A DNA stretch of 23,717 nucleotides from an uncultured Clostridia bacterium (GTDB lineage Bacteria; Bacillota; Clostridia; Christensenellales; Aristaeellaceae), in NCBI GenBank assembly GCA_937886445.1, contig CALGBY010000102.1:1-23717 (forward strand). The letters are read 5' to 3'. The translations under genes were made by a program, and so were the position numbers. The notes below the pieces were generated by a model. It ran no database searches, was not told the origin of the DNA, and was given only the letters and a program-made list of their open reading frames with translations. Of this stretch, positions 13,531-21,391 are shown piece after piece. Position 1 is the first letter of the stretch. Each line of letters starts with the position of its first letter.

Positions 13531-16128
13531 ATGGCGAAAACGGAGAACGCGGCCGGTCTGCCGCCTCGTGTAAAGCGGATTTTGTGGATGATGTTGGTCG
13601 CCGCGATGATCCTCGTGGTCGTACTGATCGTCAGATATGTGTTCCGCTACATGAAGTACGATGCCTATAAAGAGATCATCCAGCCGCCCGTATCCTACGA
13701 TGAAGGGAGCGCTTTCACACCGCTCAAGGATGAGCTGAAGGCTGTTAAGGGCTTTGTTCCCGCAGCGGAAAACGAGAAGATGATCCTATATTTCAATCAG
13801 AAAACGGCGGAGGTTGCTCTGTATGACAAGGAAAGCGGCATCACCGTCTACTCCAATCCGCAAGACGCGGACAAGGACCCCGTGGCGCGCGCTGGCAATC
13901 TGGAGAATTTGAAAAGCCAGTTCATCCTCTCTTATCTGGACGGCAATGCCAAGGAGGGAACAGCGTGGAATTCCTACGCCAAGTCCGTCGAGAGCGGTCA
14001 GATGTCCTGTGAGAAAATCGAAAACGGCGTGCGCGTCATCTACAATCTGTCCAATGAAAAGCTGCTTCTGGTGCCAGACGTGCTTACGCAGGAATGGTAC
14101 GAGATGTTCATTAACGCCGGCAAAAAGCAGGCGAAAAAATCCTACGTTCTGAACGACGAAATGGGCCTGTACGAACTCAAGACGCAGGGTGTCACAGCCC
14201 GCAATCGTCAGCAGATTGACGCGGACGCTCGTGAGGCGGGCTTCACCATGGCTGATTACGAGCAGATGCAGGCCTTGCTCCCGCCCGCCGAGGACGCGGA
14301 GGGGCAGACGGAGACTCTTTCCTTTACCGTGACGCTGGACTGGATCCTGACGCCTGACGGAATCGAGGTTACCATTCCTTATGAGGGGTTGGGCGAGTTC
14401 GGAAACGGTAAGATCCGCGCCATTCAGCTCCTGCCCATGTTCGGCGCGGCGGGCGCGGATGAGACGGGCGAAATAGTGATTCCGGAGGGCAGCGGCGCGC
14501 TGATCCGTTTCAATAACGGAAAGTCCGCTTCCGCGCAGTACAACAAGAACATCTACGATCTGGACCCCGTGGACAGCGATCTGACTGCGCTCCAGAACCA
14601 GCAGACCGTGCGCCTGCCCATCATTGGCATCTGCCGGGAAAATTACTCACTGCTCGCCACCTGTGAGCGGGGCGCGTCGCTCGCGGCTATCGTCGCCGAT
14701 GTCGCGGGGCGCAACAACAGTTACAATTACGCTTACTTCACTTTCTCTCTGCGCCGCACCGATACCCTGACCATCTCTGGTGAAAGCGTGATCGTGGCGG
14801 AAGAAGACCTGTATCCCGTGGATCTCAGGGTGCACTATGAGATTATCCCAAAGGATGCGGGCGGCTACGTAGACATTGCCCGCACCTACCGCGAAAGCCT
14901 GATCGAATCGGGTGCGCTCGAGCGCGAGACGAACGCTGCGGGGGACATCCCCTTCTACTGTGACGTCATCGGTGGCGTCAAGGAAACGGCGCACATCGCT
15001 GGTATTCAGTATCTGCGTCTGCTGCCCATGACCACCTTCGCCGAAGCGGGGGAGATGATGGATGAGCTCGGGAAGATGGGCATCACGAACCGAAGAATGA
15101 ATTTGCAGGGCTGGATGAACGGCGGATACTACCATGATCCGGTCCGAAAAACCAAGGTGATCGGCAAGCTGGGCGGCGAAAAAGGACTCGCCTTACTGAT
15201 CGAGAAAGAAAATCTTTCGGGCGGCAAAGTCTACCCCGACGCCGCCATACAGCAGGTATCCGACATCGCCAAAGGGTTTACGGCCGGCGGCGAGGCATCC
15301 CGCTACTACGCGCAGGGTTACGTGGTCAATCTTGCCCGCGTGAGCCCGGTGTCCCTGCGCCGCACGGACACAATGGGCTACAAGGAACTGGGCTATAAAC
15401 TGCTGTCTCCCAAGTTCCTGCCGCGCTATGCGAAGGCGCTTTCGGAAGAAGCGGAGGAGCTGCAACTTACAGCCCTGTCATTGCGTGACCTCGGGAACGA
15501 TCTGCACGCGGACAAGCGCCGCACCGAGGTCATCAACCGCGAGTACGCGCTGGATCTGGTGAAGGATGCCTTTCAAACCCTTTCCGCGAACGGGCGGGAC
15601 ATTCTCGTTACGGGCGGCAATGACTACTGCTTCCCCTATGTATCGGATGTCATCGGAGCGCCGCTCAGCGCCACGTCCTATCCTATCCTCGATGAGCAGA
15701 TTCCACTGTGGGAAATGATTGTGCACGGCTCCGTTTCCTACGCCGGAAATCCCATCAACATGACCCAGAGCGAAGACAGGCGCGTGGACCTGCTGCGATT
15801 CATCGACTACGGCGCGTCCGTGCGCTACACCTTCACGTGGCGGGATGCCGCGGAAATGAAGTACACCGGACTCAACAGCAGCTACGCCACTACCTTCTCT
15901 TCGTGGAAGGAGCAGGCAGCGGAGGATTATGCCTTTGTGAACGGCGCACTTAAATACGTTTCCGGCGCGGCTATGATAAATCACGCGCGGCTTTCGGACA
16001 CTTTGACGCGCAGCGATTACTCGAACGGAATCAGCATTTATGTAAACACGGGCGATGCGTTCGCTTCGGCGGACGGATACACGGTAGCGCCCTATTCCTA
16101 TCTGGTCACGGGAGGTGAGGCGCAGTGA
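13531..16128 (+). CDS. Type-II membrane-anchored large ectoprotein of unknown function (possibly DUF5696-like or glycosidase-like)
   Basis: In frame with ORF 13024..16128. The start is set at ATG 13531 after AAGGAGGGA, because the upstream part of the ORF overlaps the Yip1-like gene in another frame. The N-terminal TM is ILWMMLVAAMILVVVLIV. The N-half is beta-rich. The C-half alternates beta/alpha-like segments (FYCDVIGG, LQGWMNGGYYH, LSLRDLGNDLHAD, ILVTGGNDY, IPLWEMIVHG). I could not assign any characterised family motif. Confidence 0.7.
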   Translation: MAKTENAAGLPPRVKRILWMMLVAAMILVVVLIVRYVFRYMKYDAYKEIIQPPVSYDEGSAFTPLKDELKAVKGFVPAAENEKMILYFNQKTAEVALYDKESGITVYSNPQDADKDPVARAGNLENLKSQFILSYLDGNAKEGTAWNSYAKSVESGQMSCEKIENGVRVIYNLSNEKLLLVPDVLTQEWYEMFINAGKKQAKKSYVLNDEMGLYELKTQGVTARNRQQIDADAREAGFTMADYEQMQALLPPAEDAEGQTETLSFTVTLDWILTPDGIEVTIPYEGLGEFGNGKIRAIQLLPMFGAAGADETGEIVIPEGSGALIRFNNGKSASAQYNKNIYDLDPVDSDLTALQNQQTVRLPIIGICRENYSLLATCERGASLAAIVADVAGRNNSYNYAYFTFSLRRTDTLTISGESVIVAEEDLYPVDLRVHYEIIPKDAGGYVDIARTYRESLIESGALERETNAAGDIPFYCDVIGGVKETAHIAGIQYLRLLPMTTFAEAGEMMDELGKMGITNRRMNLQGWMNGGYYHDPVRKTKVIGKLGGEKGLALLIEKENLSGGKVYPDAAIQQVSDIAKGFTAGGEASRYYAQGYVVNLARVSPVSLRRTDTMGYKELGYKLLSPKFLPRYAKALSEEAEELQLTALSLRDLGNDLHADKRRTEVINREYALDLVKDAFQTLSANGRDILVTGGNDYCFPYVSDVIGAPLSATSYPILDEQIPLWEMIVHGSVSYAGNPINMTQSEDRRVDLLRFIDYGASVRYTFTWRDAAEMKYTGLNSSYATTFSSWKEQAAEDYAFVNGALKYVSGAAMINHARLSDTLTRSDYSNGISIYVNTGDAFASADGYTVAPYSYLVTGGEAQ

Positions 16129-17045
16129 ACGCACAGAAGAAAAGACGCTTCCGCATCACCTTTGAGCAGAGAAACGCTCTGCGCGGCTACGGGTTCATCC
16201 TGCCTTGGCTCATCGGCTTTCTGGTGTTCTATGTGGGCTGCCTTGTACAACTAGGCCGTTTCAGTGTGATGGACATCAAAATCGACGCAGTCACCGGCAC
16301 ACGCATTGATACCTTTGTGGCGTTTGAAAACTACATTACCGCCTTCACGGCTCATGCGAGCTTCAAGCAGACGCTTACCTCGTCCCTCGTCGACATGGTC
16401 ATCGATCTGCCGCTCATCATCTTCTTCTCGCTGTTCGTGGCGCTGCTTCTGAACCGCAGGTTCAAGGGCAGAGCGCTTGTGCGCGCCATCTTCTTCCTGC
16501 CCATTATACTGGGCGCGGACGCGGTAGGCGCTGCCATCACGAGGGCGACGGAACTGATCAATAACGGCGTTTCTGCCGAGGCGGCGGAAATGGCGGGCGG
16601 GGGAACGGTTTCGGTGAGCTATTACATCGCCCTGTTCGGCGACCTCGCTCTTCCACCCAAGGTGCTCGATTATCTGGTCGGTGCGGTCAACCGCATCGCC
16701 TCCATCATTCAAGGCTCGGGCGTGCAAATTATTCTGTTCATCGCCGCACTGCAGTCCATTCCCGGCTCCCTTTACGAGGTGGCCAAAATCGAGGGCGCGA
16801 CCGGCTATGAGACGCTGTGGAAGGTGACGGTACCGATGGTGATGCCGCACATCATCACCAACACGATCTACACGCTCGTGGACCGCTTCACGGTGAGTGA
16901 TGTCGTTACGCTCGCCGCAGACACCTACCAGAAGTATAACTACGGGCTTTCATCCGTGTTCTCTCTGGTATCCACGCTTGCCACGATTCTGATTCTCGGC
17001 ATCATCGTATACCTGCTCAACAAGCGGGCGTTCTACTACAATTAA
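16125..17045 (+). CDS. CUT1 ABC sugar permease, MalF/UgpA type (pair 2)
   Basis: The GTG start overlaps the upstream stop (GTGA, 16125-16128). EAA loop: LYEVAKIEGATGYETLWKVTVPMVMP. There is an extended extracytoplasmic loop before the EAA-bearing helix pair. Confidence 0.88.
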   Translation: MNAQKKRRFRITFEQRNALRGYGFILPWLIGFLVFYVGCLVQLGRFSVMDIKIDAVTGTRIDTFVAFENYITAFTAHASFKQTLTSSLVDMVIDLPLIIFFSLFVALLLNRRFKGRALVRAIFFLPIILGADAVGAAITRATELINNGVSAEAAEMAGGGTVSVSYYIALFGDLALPPKVLDYLVGAVNRIASIIQGSGVQIILFIAALQSIPGSLYEVAKIEGATGYETLWKVTVPMVMPHIITNTIYTLVDRFTVSDVVTLAADTYQKYNYGLSSVFSLVSTLATILILGIIVYLLNKRAFYYN

Positions 17046-17058
17046 GGGGGAAGAGAGC

Positions 17059-17997
17059 ATGGAAAAGACAAACGTGAATCTGTCCCTCGACCGCAAAAGC
17101 CGCGCGGTGAACAACACGAAGAATACCCTCATGGGTATCTTCCGCTTCATCATCATTGTCGGCATCAGCTACGTGATTCTGGCGCCTGTCATCGGAATTA
17201 TCAGCAGATCGTTTTTCTCCCGTCAGGATTCCATCAATCCCATGGTGTTCACCATCCCGATCAATCCCACATTTGATCGCTACGTGATGGCAGTCAAGTA
17301 CCTGGATTATTTCCCGGTACTGGGAAGAACGCTCCTGTACGTGGGCGGTATCACGCTCATTCAGCTGCTCGTCTGCTCCATGGTGGGCTACGGCTTCGCG
17401 CGCTACAATTTCCCCTTCAAGAAGCTGCTGTTTGGCTTCATCGTGGTGATGATCGTGGTGCCGCTCAACACCATCCAGTTCCCGCTGTATATGACCTTCC
17501 GCTATTTCGGCGTAGGGGAGAAGACGCTGAACCTGCTTAAGACCCCGTGGCCCACGGTCATTCTATCCGTGTTCGGCTGCGGACTCAGGTCGGGCCTGTA
17601 CATCTACATCTTCAACCAGTTCTTCCGCGGTCTTCCCAAGGAGATTGAGGAAGCAGCACTGGTGGACGGCGCGGGCTCCTGGTACACCTACTTCCGCATC
17701 ATGCTGCCCAACGCTGCGCCCGCCATGATTACCGTGGCAGTGTTCTCCATCGTGTGGCAGTACAACGATTCCTTCTTCGCCAACACCTTCAATATCTCGG
17801 ATTCCATCATCCTGACCCGCAAGCTGGATTCCCTCATCAACATGATCGCCAACGCGGAGAAGATCCTCACCATCTCCGAGCAGCAATTGTACTTTGATGC
17901 GGGTGTGGTACTCACGCTCCTGCCCGTAGTCGTTATCTATCTGGTGCTGCAGCGCCGCTTTATCGAGGGCGTGGAACGCTCCGGTATCGTGGGCTGA
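17059..17997 (+). CDS. CUT1 ABC sugar permease, MalG/UgpE type (pair 2)
   Basis: RBS AAGGGGGA precedes ATG 17059. EAA loop: IEEAALVDGAGSWYTYFRIMLPNAAP. Six TM segments are visible. Confidence 0.9.
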   Translation: MEKTNVNLSLDRKSRAVNNTKNTLMGIFRFIIIVGISYVILAPVIGIISRSFFSRQDSINPMVFTIPINPTFDRYVMAVKYLDYFPVLGRTLLYVGGITLIQLLVCSMVGYGFARYNFPFKKLLFGFIVVMIVVPLNTIQFPLYMTFRYFGVGEKTLNLLKTPWPTVILSVFGCGLRSGLYIYIFNQFFRGLPKEIEEAALVDGAGSWYTYFRIMLPNAAPAMITVAVFSIVWQYNDSFFANTFNISDSIILTRKLDSLINMIANAEKILTISEQQLYFDAGVVLTLLPVVVIYLVLQRRFIEGVERSGIVG

Positions 17998-18055
17998 CAC
18001 CCTTTAACTTCGTTACCATGCCCGGAATGGGCAAAGTATAAAAGGAGGTATCCCA

Positions 18056-19789
18056 ATGAGAAAATTCCTTTCCTGGCTGGTGATTGCCGCTCTGGCAGTC
18101 ACTATGTGCGCGTTTGCCGCAGCGGAAACGGAAGCAGCCGGCAAGATCGACTTTGCCGACGGCACTTTCGCTTTCCTGGGCCTTTCCATGGCCAAGGGCA
18201 ACGCGGACGCATCCACCGAGCTTTCCGTCGTTGATTATCAGGGCGGCAAAGCGCTGAAGGTCCTGTCCAAGGGCAAGGTCCCCTATGTTGCCTTCAACAT
18301 CGAGGGTCTGCTGGGCGACAAGCTGTCTGATGTGCGCGCCATCAGCGTCACCTTCGGTATCGACGAGAAGGGCCCCAACGGCAAGTTCTTTGCCGCTTCC
18401 GGCGCCGTCTACACCTACACCGGCGAAGAGAACGCGGAAACCAAGCATGAGTGGAGCGTTTATCTGGCCAAGAAGAACCCCCGCACCATCGTGACCGCCC
18501 TGAAGGACGGCGAGGTGTTCGTGCCCGGCATGGGCAACACCCTCGTGATCTCCAAGGAGACCGATAACTGCCAGACCGCCACCGGCACGCCCCTTGCGCT
18601 GTATCTGACGGACATCGCGTTCCTTGACGCCGAAGGCAACGCTCTCCCCGTGGACCTCACCGCGGAGTATGTGAGCGCCGACACCGGCCGCGACACCTCC
18701 AACCTGTTTGCTCTCAGCAACACCGTCGATTTCGCGGGCTTCACCACCACCGGCGGCGGTTGGGGACAGAGCGGCTTTGACTGGGATGCTGCCGCCCTTG
18801 AGGCGCTGGTACCCGGCACCGCCATCGAGATCGAGTACGAGTCCGAGGACGGCTCCATGTGGGTCGTGTTCCCCGACGCCGCGGCCGGCTGGAGCCGCAT
18901 CGCGCAGGATGCCGCATACATCAACGGCAGCAAGAACATTGCGCAGATCACCTACGAGCAGATCGCCGAGAAACTGGGCGAAGACAAGACTGCCTGGGGC
19001 GGACGCCTCCAGTGCGAAGCCAAGTCCAACTGGACCGTCTTCTCCGTGAAGGTCGGTACCTGCGCTCATAACCTCACCCTCGCGAATGCCGTCGAGTTCC
19101 CCGGCTTTGAGGCCTCCGCGGGCGGCTGGAGCCAGAGCGGCTTCAACTGGGACGAGGCAGCCCTTGCGGCACTGGTTCCCGGCACCGCCATCGAAGTGAA
19201 CTTTGAGTCCGAAGACGGCTCCATGTGGGTCGTGTTCCCCGACGCGGCAGCCGGCTGGAGCCGCATCGCACAGGGCGAAGCTGCCATTCAGGGCGGTAAG
19301 GCCTACATCACCTACGAGCAGATCGCCGAAAAACTGGGCGAGGACAAGAGCGCCTGGGGCGGACGCCTCCAGTGCGAAGCCAAGTCCAACTGGACCGTCT
19401 ACGGCGTCACCATCGGCAAGCTCATTGAGCTTCCCGCCGTCAACAACATCGTGGAGTTCGCGGGCTTCGAGGCCTCCGCGGGCGGCTGGAGCCAGAGCGG
19501 CTTTGACTGGAACACCGCGGTGCTGGATGCGCTCAATCCCGGTAGTGCCCTCATCATTACCTTTGAATCTGAAGACAACTCCATGTGGGCCGTGTTCCCC
19601 GATGCAGCGGCCGGCTGGAGCCGTATCGCGCAGGATGAAGCCATCATCAGCGGCGGCAAAGCCTACATCACCTACGAGCAGATCGCCGCGAAGGTCGGCG
19701 AAGACAAGGCCGCTTGGGGCGGACGCCTCCAGTGTGAAGCCAAATCCGCTTGGACCGTGTACGGCGTAGCCGTCGGCCAGGTGAAGTAA
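18056..19789 (+). CDS. Secreted non-catalytic protein: N-terminal beta-sandwich-like domain plus three tandem ~120-aa modules (putative glycan-binding)
   Basis: RBS AAAGGAGG. The signal peptide is MRKFLSWLVIAALAVTMCAFAAA. The N-terminal domain of ~190 aa looks like a CBM. Three repeats follow, each containing GGW.QSGF.W, ESED.SMW.VFPDAAAGWSRIAQ, ITYEQIA and WGGRLQCEAKS.WTV. No LPXTG, SLH, dockerin or TM anchor is present. Confidence 0.8.
   Translation: MRKFLSWLVIAALAVTMCAFAAAETEAAGKIDFADGTFAFLGLSMAKGNADASTELSVVDYQGGKALKVLSKGKVPYVAFNIEGLLGDKLSDVRAISVTFGIDEKGPNGKFFAASGAVYTYTGEENAETKHEWSVYLAKKNPRTIVTALKDGEVFVPGMGNTLVISKETDNCQTATGTPLALYLTDIAFLDAEGNALPVDLTAEYVSADTGRDTSNLFALSNTVDFAGFTTTGGGWGQSGFDWDAAALEALVPGTAIEIEYESEDGSMWVVFPDAAAGWSRIAQDAAYINGSKNIAQITYEQIAEKLGEDKTAWGGRLQCEAKSNWTVFSVKVGTCAHNLTLANAVEFPGFEASAGGWSQSGFNWDEAALAALVPGTAIEVNFESEDGSMWVVFPDAAAGWSRIAQGEAAIQGGKAYITYEQIAEKLGEDKSAWGGRLQCEAKSNWTVYGVTIGKLIELPAVNNIVEFAGFEASAGGWSQSGFDWNTAVLDALNPGSALIITFESEDNSMWAVFPDAAAGWSRIAQDEAIISGGKAYITYEQIAAKVGEDKAAWGGRLQCEAKSAWTVYGVAVGQVK
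18713..19786 (+). repeat. Three in-frame tandem coding repeats (periods 366 and 360 nt)
   Basis: The units span about 18713-19078, 19079-19438 and 19439-19786. The GAC(GGC/AAC)TCCATGTGGG landmark recurs at 18848, 19214 and 19574. Units 1 and 2 share long identical runs, for example CCTGGGGCGGACGCCTCCAGTGCGAAGCCAAGTCCAACTGGACCGTCT. Confidence 0.9.
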
Positions 19790-19868
19790 TAAAGGGCCTT
19801 TCTATATGACAGCAGCGCCGCCCCGCGCGACGCACAAGGAACAATTCGATTCTAAGGAGGATCATTCA

Positions 19869-21242
19869 ATGAAACGTTTTGCTGCATTGTTGCTGGCTCT
19901 CATCATGGTGCTTTCCATGGCTGCCGGCGTAGCCGCGGCTGAAGAATCCCGCCATCTGACCTATGCTCTGTGGTGGGACCTGTACTACGATTTCGACGAT
20001 GAGGGATGGGAAGCCAGTCCCTCCGCCACCGGCAAGGACTCCGAGATCATGCGCTTTGATAACGTGAAGAACATCGAGAACACCTACGGAGTTACCTACG
20101 AGTTTGTCAATGCCACATGGGAAGGCATTAAGGACTCCATCAATAACTCCATTCTGGCCGGTGAGCCCGACTTTGACATGTACATGGTCGACCTTATGGC
20201 CTTCGGCGTACCCGCCGTTATGAATGGTCTGGCCACCGATCTGCGCAACGTGCTGGATGCAGATGATCCCTTCCTCTCTCACGAGGACCCCATCCTGGAC
20301 TACATTGAGCTGCCCAACGGCGCCGTGTCCCTGATTTTCCCCAAGGGTGCCGAGGACGCCGTGTCTTCCACCAACCCTCTGGCTTTCAACTTGCAGATGA
20401 TCGAGGAAGCCAATCTGGAAGACCCCCGCGATCTGTACGAGCGCGGCGAGTGGACTTGGGACAAGTTCCTTGAGTACTGCCGCGTGCTGACCCGTGACAA
20501 CGACGGTGACGGAGTCATCGACGTGTACGGCTACGGCGCATGGATCGGCGACGCTCTGCCCGCCTGGTATATGTCCAACGGCACCTTCATGGCCGCTACT
20601 CCCGAAGAGAACCTCACTTCTCCCGAGATTGGCGAGACGCTCTCTTTCCTGCAGAATCTGTACTTGACCGAACAGGTCGCATATCCTATCCCCGAAGAGA
20701 ACGGCTGGGATGTCTGCCGCTACCTGTACAGAGACAAGAAGGTTGCCTTCACCACTACCGCCGTATGGATCATGGCCAACTACGACGACTATAACTGGGA
20801 CGGACTGGCTGAGACCACTCTGGACTTCGACATGGTGTTCGTACCCTATCCCATTGGCCCCAGCGGTAACCAGGATACCAACAACACCAAGATCGCCAGC
20901 GGCAACTACTGGATGTTGCCCGCGGGCGTTCAGGATCCCAAGCTGGTGTTCGACGTGTTCCGCGCCTATCAGAACTGGTATCAGGACGATATCGAGCTGA
21001 GAGACGATCCCGAGGAACTCGAATGGTGGTACACTGCGACCTCTGACAAGCTCGACATCCAGAATTGGAACTTTTCCATTCTGGAGCTGCTGGGCTCCAA
21101 GGTCATGGTCGACTTCTACCACGTATTCTCTGATGATCTGCCCATGCTCAACTTCCTGAATGGCGAATACACCCCCGCCCAGTTCCAGGAGACCTACCGT
21201 CAGACCGTGCAGGACGCGCTGGATCAGATTTTCGGCGGATGA
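19869..21242 (+). CDS. Family-1 extracellular solute-binding protein (SBP 2)
   Basis: In frame with ORF 19806..21242. The start is set at ATG 19869 after TAAGGAGGA. The signal peptide is MKRFAALLLALIMVLSMAAGVAAA. It is 457 aa, W/Y/D-rich and SBP-like (ILAGEPDFDMYMV, WTWDKFLEYCRVLTRDNDGDGVIDVYG). Confidence 0.8.
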   Translation: MKRFAALLLALIMVLSMAAGVAAAEESRHLTYALWWDLYYDFDDEGWEASPSATGKDSEIMRFDNVKNIENTYGVTYEFVNATWEGIKDSINNSILAGEPDFDMYMVDLMAFGVPAVMNGLATDLRNVLDADDPFLSHEDPILDYIELPNGAVSLIFPKGAEDAVSSTNPLAFNLQMIEEANLEDPRDLYERGEWTWDKFLEYCRVLTRDNDGDGVIDVYGYGAWIGDALPAWYMSNGTFMAATPEENLTSPEIGETLSFLQNLYLTEQVAYPIPEENGWDVCRYLYRDKKVAFTTTAVWIMANYDDYNWDGLAETTLDFDMVFVPYPIGPSGNQDTNNTKIASGNYWMLPAGVQDPKLVFDVFRAYQNWYQDDIELRDDPEELEWWYTATSDKLDIQNWNFSILELLGSKVMVDFYHVFSDDLPMLNFLNGEYTPAQFQETYRQTVQDALDQIFGG

Positions 21243-21305
21243 GCATGATTATGCGCGGTAAGCGTGCTATCATAGACACGTTCACCGCGTGAACGGCACA
21301 AGCAG

Positions 21306-21361
21306 GGGCTGTCCCAAACGCCGGTTCCGGCGCGCGGGACAGCCCGTTTATTCCTATTTTT
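21306..21361 (+). terminator. Rho-independent terminator after SBP 2
   Basis: The outer stem pairs GGGCTGTCCC (21306-21315) with GGGACAGCCC (21336-21345). It encloses an inner GC palindrome, CGCCGGTTCCGGCG. An interrupted T-tract, GTTTATTCCTATTTTT, follows. Confidence 0.75.
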
Positions 21362-21391
21362 CGCCGGACGCGGTGCCGGGAGGTATTATTT

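Noticed and set aside
18708-19769. Alternative-frame plus-strand ORFs (18708-19049 and 19203-19769) encoding P/S/A/R-rich products.
   Set aside because: They are frame-shifted readings of the GC-rich tandem repeat. The repeat-bearing frame with the signal peptide and conserved W/G/E blocks is the coherent one.
18713-19786. Whether the periodic repeats could be a CRISPR array or a mobile-element terminal repeat.
   Set aside because: The period is 360-366 nt with no short repeat/spacer structure. The repeats are in-frame protein modules inside one ORF.
21255-21300. A candidate promoter (TGATTA, 16-nt spacer, TATCAT) and the small palindrome CGTTCAC-CGC-GTGAACG upstream of the 21306 terminator.
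   Set aside because: The -35 match is poor, at 3 of 6 or fewer positions. It is recorded only as a possibility under the terminator finding and is too weak to list as a feature.
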